Shown here piece after piece: positions 49,154 through 59,414 of a stretch of DNA of 64,000 bases; the first letter of the stretch is position 1; the number at the start of each line of letters is the position of its first letter. The notes below the pieces were generated by a model, which was given only the letters and a program-made list of their open reading frames with translations, was not told where the DNA came from and did not search any database. The stretch comes from Clostridia bacterium (GTDB lineage Bacteria; Bacillota; Clostridia; Acetivibrionales; DSM-27016), in NCBI GenBank assembly GCA_026414765.1, contig JAOAIJ010000047.1, positions 27,297-91,296 on the forward strand, in the 5' to 3' direction. The position numbers were made by a program, and so were the translations under genes.

Positions 49154-52100
49154 TTAAAATTCCCCTTCTTCAAAACCCTCTTCGCTGTCCTCTTCTTCTG
49201 CTTTGGCAGACTCTTCCGAATCCCCGTCAAACAATTCTGCCAGCTGCGCTACTGTAGCCCTCTCAAAAAGGCTTTGCAGCGTTATGTTCTTTTTAAACTC
49301 TTTTGCAAGCTCTGAAATCAGTGATGTAGCTAATAATGAATGTCCACCCAGATCAAAAAAGTCATCATTGATCCCTACAGGATAAACCCCTAGAAGATTC
49401 TGCCACATCTCTGCTATAACCTCTTCAGTTCCATTTCTCGGAGCTTCATAAGGAGTTTGAAGTTCAGGCCTGTTACTGCCTTTCTCCTTGTCTTGATTGA
49501 CTACAGCTTTTCCCGCAGCAGTAGCCTTCAAATAATTCCTGATGTTTTCTAGCATGCCTGTGAAGTCTCCGGATGAAACTATTACCTGAGCAGATGCCTT
49601 TGATGATACAATTCTGTCAAGAAGATTCAAACCTTCCTTCACTGTAATTTTATTCTTTACCCTATCTCTTGACTTGCTCTCCGCAGCCATTCCTACCTCA
49701 TCCCATTCATCCCAGTTTATTGCTACTGTGGATGTATCTGAGCAACTGTTTTTATAGTGGGCAAAAGCATCCAGGAAATTATTTGCGGCACAGTAATCGA
49801 TAAAACCTGCATTACCCAGAATAGCGCTGCTTGAAGAGAACAACACAAGAATATCAAGTCTTCTATCCTTGAATAATTCATCTAATACCAGTGTCCCTTC
49901 AACTTTTGGGGTTAAGACTTTAGCAGCTGTCTCATCACTTTTTTCCTGAATCAACCCATTATCCGCAATACCAGCAGCATGTAAAACACCGTCTATATTT
50001 CCGAACTTCTCATCTGCTTTAGCGATAACCTTCCTCATCTGTTCGAGATTCGAAGAATCAGCATTTACGACCATTATTTGGGATCCCAGAGCTTCAATAG
50101 CTTTCAACTGTTTTATTTTTATGCTTGTTTTATCATCAGCACCATGTGAAGACAGCCATTCCTCCCAATTTTCTTTTTCCGGGAAAAATGAACGCCTGGT
50201 CAGCACCAGATTTACTTTTGCCTTTTCTGCCATATACCCGGCAAGTGCAAGCCCGATACCCCCCATTCCGCCTGTTATCAGGTATGTTTTTCCTTCACGC
50301 ACAAAGCTTCTATCGTTGTCGGCTTCCAAAGTTATGCTTTCATGTGTCTGAAGCCATCTGTGCGTGCCCCTCAAGGCAATAATGAACTCAGGGTCTTTTG
50401 ATGTTAACTCTGCCAGGATCAAACCTATGAGCTTTTCTTCCGCATCTGCTGTTTTAGGCAACACTATATCAATGCTCTGACATGAAATTTTCGTATACTC
50501 TCTCGGTATAACCTTACATGGACCCAATACTACCGCTTTTTCAGGATGAACTGTTTGCTCGCTGGAAATCACATGCATATTATTTGTTACAGCAGCCAGC
50601 CTTACATTTTCATCAAGTTCCAGTTCACCCAAAGCTTGTGCTATATACATCAAACTGTAGAATCCATCAATCTGGCACCTTTTTGAAGCTTCAATCCTGG
50701 AATACACATTGCTGTCCCCTGTTACATTCCAAAGATGAACTATATTCCTCAAAGGTTTATCCGAATCTGACACCTCATGGAACAGTGCCCTATAGTCAGC
50801 TTTCTTTTCAGGATTCAAGACAAATGTTGTATCATTTATCTTTCTGAATCCTTCTGCCTTACCAACCGTAATCACATATATGTTTTCTTCTCTGAGGGTT
50901 TTTGCGATTCTTGCCCCCATACCTGTCTCATCCTCAAAAACAATCCAGCATCCTTTTTTGTTCACATTTTTACTGTCAAATGATAATGAGGCTGCCCTTT
51001 TCCAGGATGGTAAATAAAGCCAATTGTTAAAATCCGTGTTGATTGTGCTGACCTGATTCTTTTTATTGACAAACTCCGTCATATTATACTGCTCTACCCA
51101 ATATTTCTTCCTCTCAAAAGGATAAGTCGGGAGTGGAATTCTAAGCCTCTGTTCTCCTTCATGGAACTCTTCCCAATCTATGGCTGAGCCTTCTACCCAC
51201 AGCTTTGCTAAAGCTGTCAGCATAACTTCTTCGTTTGCATTTTTCTCGCCAATAATTTTACTGGTCTCGGAGTATTCACTATCTACATTCTCAGAAATCC
51301 CGGAAAAAATGTACTGCCCCTCTTTTAGTTCAAGAAGACGTACAGCATCCTCCTTATTTTTACAGACAATGGCTCGCCTGTGCTCAAATTCCTTTCTGCC
51401 TATATGCAGTGTGTAAACAGCATCAGCAAAATTGACATTTGGATTGTCTTTGAAAAAACTCGCCAGGTTATCACACATTTTATCCAGTGCCGCAGGGGTT
51501 CTTGCCGATAAGGTTATCAACTGCCACTGTCTGGATGGAGCTGAAGATTTCGAGTCAGGAGCTTCCTCCAAGACAGCGTGGACATTTGTCCCTCCGAAGC
51601 CAAAGGAACTGACACCAGCTATCCTTGGCTTTCCGGTACTTTTCCAGTCTGTAAGCTTAGTATTTACATAAAAGGCGCTGTTTTCAAAATCTATTTTAGG
51701 ATTTGGCAGATCAAAATTTATACTTGGCGGAATCTCTTTATGTTCCAAAGCCAGCGCAGTCTTTATCATTCCAGCTACGCCCGCACCTGATATGGCATGT
51801 CCGATATTACTCTTAACCGAACCTATTGCACAAAAACCTTTCTTTTGTGTGCTCTGATTAAACACCTGTGTAAGAGCCGATATTTCAATAGGATCCCCGA
51901 GTGAAGTGCCTGTACCGTGAGCTTCTATGTAACTTATATCTTCAGGGTTTACACCTGCAAGATTCTGTGCTGCTGCTATTACTTCAGCCTGACCTTCCCT
52001 GCTGGGTGCTGTAAATCCAACCTTTGTTGAACCATCATTATTAACAGACATTCCTCTGATAACTGCATATATGTGGTCACCATCTCTTATGGCGTCTTCC

Positions 52101-52864
52101 ACACGTTTCATCAGAATCACTCCGACAGCGCTGGTAAAAATAGTTCCGTATGCATTGCTGTCAAAAGGCCTGGTATGCCCGTCGGGTGACCCGATCATTC
52201 CTGTCTGGTATAAGTAACCTGATTTCTGTGGAAGCTTTATCCCTGACCCTCCGGCCAAAGCCATATCACAGTGATAATTCAACAAACCTTCATATGCCAT
52301 TGCAATAGCAGTCATTGAAGTCGAGCAGGCAGACTGTACATTTATGCTTGGCCCCTTAAAGTTAAACTCATATGAGGTTCTTGTAGCCAGATAATCTTTG
52401 TCGTTTCCTATTGCAATAGCCAGATCATCCTTTACTCCCAGTTTATTAAGCAAATGATAAAGGAAATAGTAGCTCATGTTGCTACCAGCATAAACTCCTA
52501 CAGGATAATCATAGTCATTTCTTGAATAGCCTGCATCTTCCAAGGCCTCATAGGAACATTCAAGAAAGAGTCTGTGCTGAGGATCCATGTTTTCTGCTTC
52601 CCTAGGATTAAAGCCGAAGAAACCCGCATCAAACATATCAATGTCATCAAGTATTCCTCCCGCAAAGACATAATCAGGGTTATTCAAGCTTTCCTCATCA
52701 ATCCCGCAAGCCCTTGCATCGTCTTTTGAGAAATACGAAATGGATTCTACTCCATTTTTAAGGTTATTCCAAAACTCCCTTATATTCCTTGCTCCAGGAA
52801 ACCGTCCTGACATTCCTATAATAGCTACTCCCTCAAGTGCATTTTGTGTAGGCAAATTATCCAT
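49154..52864 (-). CDS. trans-AT type I PKS: KS-KR-T with an acidic C-terminal tail
   Basis: KS: QSACSTSMTAIA, EAHGTGT, SNIGH. KR: TYLITGGMGGIGLALA, IDYCAAN. T: FFDLGGHSLLATSL. Tail EEEDSEEGFEEGEF. The start lies 3 nt after the upstream stop. Confidence 0.9.
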   Translation of the reverse strand: MDNLPTQNALEGVAIIGMSGRFPGARNIREFWNNLKNGVESISYFSKDDARACGIDEESLNNPDYVFAGGILDDIDMFDAGFFGFNPREAENMDPQHRLFLECSYEALEDAGYSRNDYDYPVGVYAGSNMSYYFLYHLLNKLGVKDDLAIAIGNDKDYLATRTSYEFNFKGPSINVQSACSTSMTAIAMAYEGLLNYHCDMALAGGSGIKLPQKSGYLYQTGMIGSPDGHTRPFDSNAYGTIFTSAVGVILMKRVEDAIRDGDHIYAVIRGMSVNNDGSTKVGFTAPSREGQAEVIAAAQNLAGVNPEDISYIEAHGTGTSLGDPIEISALTQVFNQSTQKKGFCAIGSVKSNIGHAISGAGVAGMIKTALALEHKEIPPSINFDLPNPKIDFENSAFYVNTKLTDWKSTGKPRIAGVSSFGFGGTNVHAVLEEAPDSKSSAPSRQWQLITLSARTPAALDKMCDNLASFFKDNPNVNFADAVYTLHIGRKEFEHRRAIVCKNKEDAVRLLELKEGQYIFSGISENVDSEYSETSKIIGEKNANEEVMLTALAKLWVEGSAIDWEEFHEGEQRLRIPLPTYPFERKKYWVEQYNMTEFVNKKNQVSTINTDFNNWLYLPSWKRAASLSFDSKNVNKKGCWIVFEDETGMGARIAKTLREENIYVITVGKAEGFRKINDTTFVLNPEKKADYRALFHEVSDSDKPLRNIVHLWNVTGDSNVYSRIEASKRCQIDGFYSLMYIAQALGELELDENVRLAAVTNNMHVISSEQTVHPEKAVVLGPCKVIPREYTKISCQSIDIVLPKTADAEEKLIGLILAELTSKDPEFIIALRGTHRWLQTHESITLEADNDRSFVREGKTYLITGGMGGIGLALAGYMAEKAKVNLVLTRRSFFPEKENWEEWLSSHGADDKTSIKIKQLKAIEALGSQIMVVNADSSNLEQMRKVIAKADEKFGNIDGVLHAAGIADNGLIQEKSDETAAKVLTPKVEGTLVLDELFKDRRLDILVLFSSSSAILGNAGFIDYCAANNFLDAFAHYKNSCSDTSTVAINWDEWDEVGMAAESKSRDRVKNKITVKEGLNLLDRIVSSKASAQVIVSSGDFTGMLENIRNYLKATAAGKAVVNQDKEKGSNRPELQTPYEAPRNGTEEVIAEMWQNLLGVYPVGINDDFFDLGGHSLLATSLISELAKEFKKNITLQSLFERATVAQLAELFDGDSEESAKAEEEDSEEGFEEGEF

Positions 52865-52867
52865 ATT

Positions 52868-55800
52868 CTATCCTCTCCTGTGCAGTTGTTTTCTCATAAG
52901 TTTTGCTTCTTTTTGTCTCTGAAGCCTGTCCTCATTTTTGAGGAACGCAGGTTCCGCATTCTCACCGGATATGTACTTGGCCAGTGCGCATATTGTCGAA
53001 TGAGTGAACAGGTCTATTAAAGAAAACTCCCTTTGAAATTGCTTGTTTAAGCGGTTATGTACCCTGGTCAAAAGAAGTGAATGCCCCCCAATTTCAAAGA
53101 AATTGTCGTTTATCCCCACATTTTCTAGTCCGAGCTCTTCTTTCCATATATTTGCCAATATGCTTTCAAGCTCATTCTTTGGCGCAACATACTCAGTCTT
53201 CTTTTCCAACTCAGGCAGCGGAAGCGCTTTACGGTCAGCTTTACCGTTTTGTGATAAAGGCATGGCATCCAAGAATACGAATAATTTAGGAACCATGTAT
53301 TCAGGAAGAGCCTTTCCTAAAAAGGCCTTGATTTCATCTATTTCCGTTTTTGTATCCTTCTCACATACAATATATCCTACCAGGTGCATGTTCCCCGGCT
53401 GCTTTTCCCATGCAGTTACTATACAGTCCTTTACTGAGGGATGCTCTATCAATACTCTTTCAATCTCACCCAGTTCTATTCTTAACCCTCTTATTTTTAC
53501 CTGGAAATCTATCCTTCCAAGATATTCTATATTACCGTCTTCCCTCCATTTTGCCAGGTCGCCGGTACGATATAGTTTCTTCCCGGGTTCCAGCGGATTG
53601 TCGGCAAATTTTTCAGAAGTAAGCTCAGGCCGGTTCAAATATCCCCTTGCCAGGCCAACCCCTGCTATGCACAGTTCTCCCGGTACGCCGACAGGCTGCA
53701 GCTGCAGCTTGCTGTCCATTACATACAGTCTGATATTATCTATAGGCTTCCCAATGGGAATACTATCCAGTTCATTGTCAGTAATGCAGTCAAAATAGGA
53801 TACGTCTATGGTAGCCTCAGTAGGTCCATACAGGTTTGCAAGCTTTGTACCGTTTTTTGCAAGAAGGTTTTTAAAAAGGCTTACCTGTGCAGCAGTTAGA
53901 GCCTCACCACTGGCAAATACCTGTTTTAAGGATGCTACCCTGCCTGTTTCCCCCGTATCCTTCAAGTATTCCAGGAATGAATTAAGCATAGAAGGTACAA
54001 AATGCATAACCGTTATCATGTTTTCTTCAATCGCTTTTACGATTTTCCCCGGGTCCTTTTCAGCTCCAGGCTCAAGGAAACACACCTTCGCTCCCTGCAT
54101 AGCCCACCAGAACATCTCCCATACTGATACATCAAATGTATAAGGGGTTTTTTGAAGTATAGTATCGCTTTTTATTAACGGATACATTTTCTGCATCCAA
54201 TTCAGCCTGTTTACTAAAGAGTGATGTTCTATCAATGTACCTTTCGGCTTTCCTGTAGAGCCGGACGTATAGATCACGTATGCAAGACCGTGAGGGTCGG
54301 CCTTTCCGGCAAGATTTGATTTGTCACCGGTGTATAAAGCTTCATCCTCCAAATAGATTTTTTCAATCTTCTCACCTACATGAATATCGCTAAATTTTTT
54401 GTGAGAAAGTAATAATGAAACATTGCTGTCTTCCAAGATATAGTTTATCCTGTCTTGCGGATTGTGCGGATCTATAGGCAAATAAGCTCCTCCCGCCTTA
54501 ACAACGGCCATTATCCCTATTATCATTTCGAGCGAACGTTCAAGCAAAATACCTATTATGCTTTCCTGTCCCATGCCTTTTTCACACAGTATCCTGGCTA
54601 TCTGATTGGCTTTTTCATTCAGTTCTTTGTAGGTTAACTGCTTATCTCCAAACGAAGCAGCAATATCATCAGGATTTTTCAAAGCATGTTCTTCAAAAAA
54701 CTCATATATTACTTTTTCTTCAGGGTACTCAGCATCAGTGTTGTTAAATTCCTCAAGTATCTGCCTTTCTTCTTTCTCTGTCAACAGCTTGATTTTAGAA
54801 ATTCTCACTTCTGGGTTGGCAGCGATGCTTTCAAGGATATTCAGCAGATGATATCCGATTCTTTCAACTGTTGAAGGGCTAAACAAAGAAGTATTGTAAT
54901 CAAATCCACCCTTCAAGCCCTGATCCGTCTCTGTCAACTGCAGCCTCAGGTCAAAGGGAGACATGCCGCTCTCTACAGCTAACTGCTCCATTTTGAGTCC
55001 TGGAAGATCCAGTTCAACTTTTTGAGTAGTATGTAAAATGAACATCACCTGGAACAACGGCGTCCTGCTTACATCACGTTCAGGTTTCAATTCTTCAAGC
55101 AGCTTGTCAAAAGGCAGCTCCTGATATGTATACGCATCAATGGTCATTTGCTTCACCTTATTCAACACTTCTGTAAAACAAGGATCATTTTCAAAATTTG
55201 TACGCATTACAAGAGTATTCATGAAATACCCGACCAGGCTTTCTACTTCTTTCCTGTTGCGGTTTGCAACAACCGTCCCTGTGAAAATGTCCGTCTGTCC
55301 GGAATACCTGCATAGTAATGCCTGAAAAGCTGTCAGAATCAACATGAACATGGTTACGCCTTCTTTGTTGCATATGCTCTTCAACTTTTCACTCAGTTCT
55401 CTTGAAACCCTGAATGTTTCAAAACCTCCCTCATAAGATTGACTTTTCGGCCTTGGATAGTCAGTAGGAAGCTGTAGTGTCAAAGGGTTTGCCAGCTGCT
55501 TTCTCCAATAGCTTAACAGTTCTTCCAGAGTTTCTCCCTGAAGTCTGTTTCTTTCCCATGAAGAATAGTCTGCATACTCTATTTCAGGCAAGGGAAGTTC
55601 AAGGTTTTTCTCTTTCAGGAATGCCTCATAAAGCTTGAAAAACTCTCCAACCAGGATTGCGTTTGACCAGGCGTCCGATATTATGTGATGTATTGTCATG
55701 GAAAAAACGTATTCTTCCTCACCTGTTTTAAAAAGGCAAAATCTGAATAACGGACCTTTCTCCAAATCGAAAATACGCCTTGCTTCATCCTTTAACACCA

Positions 55801-56314
55801 ATTTGATTTTATTTTCAATCTCTTTTTTATGTACATGGCTCAGATCTACTTCAGCCAGATCTACATCAGCCTTCTTATTAATTACCTGTACAGGACTGCC
55901 ATTTACATTTTTAAAAGTAGTCCTTAGTGATTCATGGCGCTCTACCAATTTTTCCAATGACTTTCTTATGGCTTCCTTGTTTGGTATTCCACTCATTTTT
56001 ACTGCATTGGAAATATTAAACACAGGATTCCCCTTAGTAAACTGGTCAAAAAACCACATAGACTGTTGGGAGAAAGATAGCGGTAGATCTTCCCCTTCAT
56101 CTCTGGATATCCTTTTAATCGGCTCTTTGACCGCTTGAGCCTCCATTTTTACTTGCTTAAGAAATGAAATAACCTCATTCTTTCTATTTGAAAGTTCACC
56201 GAGCAACTCCTTTGAAACTACCCCTTTGGGAGCCTGATAACGGAGAGCACCTTCTTCCAGCCAAAGTTTTACGCCCAGTTCCCTCAGATGAGTTAGAAAT
56301 TCCAGTATCGACAT
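52868..56314 (-). CDS. NRPS module: TubC_N-type docking, C, A (Ser-like code), T
   Basis: VKLWLEEGALRYQAPKG; C3 IHHIISDAWS; A: YTSGSTGKPKG, GELCIAGVGLARGY, NGKADRKAL; T: FFEIGGHSLL. Pocket code read as DVWHFSLIDK. Confidence 0.9.
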   Translation of the reverse strand: MSILEFLTHLRELGVKLWLEEGALRYQAPKGVVSKELLGELSNRKNEVISFLKQVKMEAQAVKEPIKRISRDEGEDLPLSFSQQSMWFFDQFTKGNPVFNISNAVKMSGIPNKEAIRKSLEKLVERHESLRTTFKNVNGSPVQVINKKADVDLAEVDLSHVHKKEIENKIKLVLKDEARRIFDLEKGPLFRFCLFKTGEEEYVFSMTIHHIISDAWSNAILVGEFFKLYEAFLKEKNLELPLPEIEYADYSSWERNRLQGETLEELLSYWRKQLANPLTLQLPTDYPRPKSQSYEGGFETFRVSRELSEKLKSICNKEGVTMFMLILTAFQALLCRYSGQTDIFTGTVVANRNRKEVESLVGYFMNTLVMRTNFENDPCFTEVLNKVKQMTIDAYTYQELPFDKLLEELKPERDVSRTPLFQVMFILHTTQKVELDLPGLKMEQLAVESGMSPFDLRLQLTETDQGLKGGFDYNTSLFSPSTVERIGYHLLNILESIAANPEVRISKIKLLTEKEERQILEEFNNTDAEYPEEKVIYEFFEEHALKNPDDIAASFGDKQLTYKELNEKANQIARILCEKGMGQESIIGILLERSLEMIIGIMAVVKAGGAYLPIDPHNPQDRINYILEDSNVSLLLSHKKFSDIHVGEKIEKIYLEDEALYTGDKSNLAGKADPHGLAYVIYTSGSTGKPKGTLIEHHSLVNRLNWMQKMYPLIKSDTILQKTPYTFDVSVWEMFWWAMQGAKVCFLEPGAEKDPGKIVKAIEENMITVMHFVPSMLNSFLEYLKDTGETGRVASLKQVFASGEALTAAQVSLFKNLLAKNGTKLANLYGPTEATIDVSYFDCITDNELDSIPIGKPIDNIRLYVMDSKLQLQPVGVPGELCIAGVGLARGYLNRPELTSEKFADNPLEPGKKLYRTGDLAKWREDGNIEYLGRIDFQVKIRGLRIELGEIERVLIEHPSVKDCIVTAWEKQPGNMHLVGYIVCEKDTKTEIDEIKAFLGKALPEYMVPKLFVFLDAMPLSQNGKADRKALPLPELEKKTEYVAPKNELESILANIWKEELGLENVGINDNFFEIGGHSLLLTRVHNRLNKQFQREFSLIDLFTHSTICALAKYISGENAEPAFLKNEDRLQRQKEAKLMRKQLHRRG

Positions 56315-56357
56315 ATCTTCCTCCTAAGCTCAATATCTTTGTCATATCCGGCAAAAC

Positions 56358-59300
56358 CTATAATGTACCTCCCTCAAGCTCTTCATCATCAGCAGCCGCT
56401 GCACTTTCAGCAGCCCATCTGTAAGTCTCTATCAACTCGGCTATCCCTGCAATGGTAGTGGTTTCAAAAAGTTTTCTCATAGGTATCTGGACATCAAACC
56501 TCTTACCAAGTTCTGTAGCTACTGCCGCTGCAATCAAAGAGTGTCCACCCAGTTCAAAAAAGTCGTCATATACACCTATAGTGTCGTATCCCAAAACATC
56601 CTGCCACTTATCAGCTATTGCCTTTTCAACTTCATTCCTCGGTGCTGTATAAGAGGTTTCTAATTCAGGACGAGGTCTTTTCTTCAGTTTTTCATTACTG
56701 TTTAAACCATACACATCCGATTTGCTGTTATTTTTCAGACCTACCGAAGATACTTCGACCTTTGGCGAAATATTGCCGAATTCCTTGCTCAGTTCCTCCA
56801 GACGTTTCTTTAACTCTAATATCTCTTCAAGCTGTTTTTTACGCAGCTCATTATCTTTTAAGCCTTCATCATCATCATCAAGATTTACAGTCAAAGTGAT
56901 TTTCCCTTCTGTATATCCCGAATCGATCAATTCATCTGTTATTTCTTCCTTCTTTGAAATGAATACATCAGGCTGTTGGGCATCGACACTACGCTTTCCG
57001 GGTTCTATCCAGTAGCGTTGTCTTTCAAAAGGATATGTCGGCAATATAATACGGTGCCTCTTTTCATTTGAATAGAATTTATTCCAATCAACCCTTCCAC
57101 CTGCCAACCAGAACAAACCAACACATTTTAGTAGTGCTTCCGAATCCGACTTGCCTTCATTTTTAGCTTGCATGGATGAAAGTATGGCTTGGTCTGCATC
57201 CTTTTTTCTAAATTTCTCAACTTCATCACATATTCTCTTTCCGGGACCTATTTCGATAAGTATCTGATCCGAATCCTTCAGTACCTCCTGCAAGCCTTCA
57301 CTAAAGCGTAGTGCCCTGCGCTGGCGTATCCAGTAGTCCTTGCTTGCAGCATCCGAATCCGAAATCCAACTACCTGTAACACATGAGATAAACGGAATTT
57401 TAACTGTATTAAAATTGATAGTTGACATACTTTCCGGCAAGATTTCATCCCTGGAAGCAGCCATCTTCAATGCATCTTCCAGCGTCATGACCTCAGCTAT
57501 ACATGCCGCCACATATTCTCCTACACCTTCGCCAATCATATATTGAGGCTCTATCCCCCACTTAATCATCAGCTTAGCCAGTGAATACTCAATAGTAAAC
57601 ATCGCAGCCCTGCCAACACTGTACTCATCCATCTTTCTTGCAGCTTCTTCAATTGAAGTATCGGGATAAAGTAACTTACGTATGTCTATGTTTAATAAGC
57701 TTTCCAGTATCTTTCCGCATGAATCCACTGTCTTTCTGAAGAAGCTTTCCGTATTATACAGTTCTAAGCCCATATTCACATACTGGCCTTCTCCGGGAAA
57801 CATAAATACTACAGGCTGCTCCTTTGGTTTTTGGAAATGAGAAAAGACACGGTCAGCTGGCATTGATTCTAAACTTGCTGCCAAATCTGCATTGTCACGG
57901 CACAGCACTACCCTGCGGTGATTGAAATTCCTTCTGCCCACATGTAATGTGAATGCTGTGTCAGCCAGGTTTATATCAGGATTTTTTCTCATATATTCCG
58001 CAAGGTTACTTGTCATCTTTTCCAGTGCAGTACCAGTCTTTGCCGATAATGATATCAACTGCCATGGTCTGCTTGATTTCTTAGAAGGTTCCAGTTCCGG
58101 TGCTTCTTCCAATATTACATGCGTGTTTGTACCACCTATTCCAAAGGAGCTTACTCCTGCCCTTCTCGGGAATCCATTTGTCTCCCACTTTGAAAGTTTG
58201 GTATTTACATAAAAAGGACTGTTTACAAAATCAATCTTGTGGTTAGGTTCTTCAAAATTCAGGCTTGGCGGTATTACCTTGTGCTCCATTGCCAGAACGG
58301 CCTTAGCCAGACTTGCAAGCCCTCCCGCATTTACAAGATGCCCTATGTTCGTCTTAACAGAACCGATAGCACAGAACTGTTTCTTTTTTGTATGAGATCG
58401 GAAAGCTTTAGTTAATGCTGCTATTTCTATAGGATCGCCCAGATCCGTACCCGTCCCGTGACCGTCAATGTATGTAATTGTCTCAGGGTCAATTCCTGAA
58501 ACAGCTATAGCTTCTGCAATACACTCAGCCTGCCCATCCACATTTGGGGCTGTATAACTGTTTTTATTCGAGCCGTCATTATTTATTCCCGTTCCTTTTA
58601 TGACAGCGTGTATATAATCACCATCTGCTAAGGCATCCTCAAGTCTTTTCAATGCTACTATGACGAGACCGCTTCCGCTTACTGTCCCATTAGCTTTAGA
58701 GTCGTAAGCACGGCAGTGGCCATCTGAAGATCCGATTCCACCTTCCTGGTAGAAAAAGGCCTCGTTTCTTGAAACCTGAAAGCTGACACCACCTGCAAGG
58801 GCAAGGTCACAGCTGTAGTTTTGAAGGTTCTGGCATGCATAGTGCAATGCAACCAGTGAAGATGAACACAATGTATTAACATTTACGCTTGGCCCCATCA
58901 GATTCATCTTGTATGATACCTTTGTGGATAAGAAATCCTGTCCGTTTGCAAGCATGATTTTAAACGTTCCTACGCTTTCCACCAGGCCTGGGTTTGAATA
59001 AAGATTCCGTATCATATATCCGCTTAAGTTTGCACTTCCAAATACCGCTACTCTTCCATCATACAGTTCGGAGTTATATCCTGCGCGCTCAAGTACTTCC
59101 CATGCGCTTTCAAGAAATAGTCTGTGCTGGGGGTCCATGACTTCAGCTTCTCTTGCTGAGTAGTCAAAGAAAGATGCATCAAACTCATCCATCCCGTCGA
59201 GAATCGCATCTGCAGCTACAAACCTTGGGTTATCCAGCAAATGTTCATCTATACCCATCTTTAATAATTCATCACGATTGAAAAACTTTACAGATTCTAC

Positions 59301-59414
59301 CCCGTTGTAAAGGTTATGCCAGAATTCATCGACATTCTGTGCACCCGGGAAACGCCCGGTCATGCCTATTATAGCTACGTCACCCATAGAATTGCTTTCT
59401 TCATAATTACTCAT
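56358..59414 (-). CDS. type I PKS: KS, degenerate AT relic, T
   Basis: KS: NTLCSSSLVALH, DGHGTGT, TNIGH. AT-like FMFPGEGQY...MIGEGVGEY...IEIGPG. T: FFELGGHSLIAAA. The ATG overlaps the upstream stop by 8 nt. Confidence 0.9.
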   Translation of the reverse strand: MSNYEESNSMGDVAIIGMTGRFPGAQNVDEFWHNLYNGVESVKFFNRDELLKMGIDEHLLDNPRFVAADAILDGMDEFDASFFDYSAREAEVMDPQHRLFLESAWEVLERAGYNSELYDGRVAVFGSANLSGYMIRNLYSNPGLVESVGTFKIMLANGQDFLSTKVSYKMNLMGPSVNVNTLCSSSLVALHYACQNLQNYSCDLALAGGVSFQVSRNEAFFYQEGGIGSSDGHCRAYDSKANGTVSGSGLVIVALKRLEDALADGDYIHAVIKGTGINNDGSNKNSYTAPNVDGQAECIAEAIAVSGIDPETITYIDGHGTGTDLGDPIEIAALTKAFRSHTKKKQFCAIGSVKTNIGHLVNAGGLASLAKAVLAMEHKVIPPSLNFEEPNHKIDFVNSPFYVNTKLSKWETNGFPRRAGVSSFGIGGTNTHVILEEAPELEPSKKSSRPWQLISLSAKTGTALEKMTSNLAEYMRKNPDINLADTAFTLHVGRRNFNHRRVVLCRDNADLAASLESMPADRVFSHFQKPKEQPVVFMFPGEGQYVNMGLELYNTESFFRKTVDSCGKILESLLNIDIRKLLYPDTSIEEAARKMDEYSVGRAAMFTIEYSLAKLMIKWGIEPQYMIGEGVGEYVAACIAEVMTLEDALKMAASRDEILPESMSTINFNTVKIPFISCVTGSWISDSDAASKDYWIRQRRALRFSEGLQEVLKDSDQILIEIGPGKRICDEVEKFRKKDADQAILSSMQAKNEGKSDSEALLKCVGLFWLAGGRVDWNKFYSNEKRHRIILPTYPFERQRYWIEPGKRSVDAQQPDVFISKKEEITDELIDSGYTEGKITLTVNLDDDDEGLKDNELRKKQLEEILELKKRLEELSKEFGNISPKVEVSSVGLKNNSKSDVYGLNSNEKLKKRPRPELETSYTAPRNEVEKAIADKWQDVLGYDTIGVYDDFFELGGHSLIAAAVATELGKRFDVQIPMRKLFETTTIAGIAELIETYRWAAESAAAADDEELEGGTL
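57240..57812 (-). other. inactivated, internally deleted cis-AT domain relic
   Basis: GHSxG is replaced by GEGVG (codons 57519..57533, checked on the DNA). GQGSQ is replaced by GEGQY. About 95 aa separate the active-site loop from IEIGPG, against roughly 190 aa in intact ATs. No xAxH motif. Confidence 0.75.

Noticed and set aside
53043-53798. 251-aa plus-strand ORF, plus dozens of 60-180-aa plus-strand ORFs across 30.6-64 kb
   Set aside because: All are antisense within PKS/NRPS genes that have continuous domain motifs. They show Ser/Leu/Phe-rich reverse-frame composition.
55673-55690. Possible heterocyclisation (oxazoline) chemistry at the Ser module
   Set aside because: The C domain carries a standard HHIISDA condensation motif rather than the DxxxxD motif of Cy domains. 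No oxidase domain is present.
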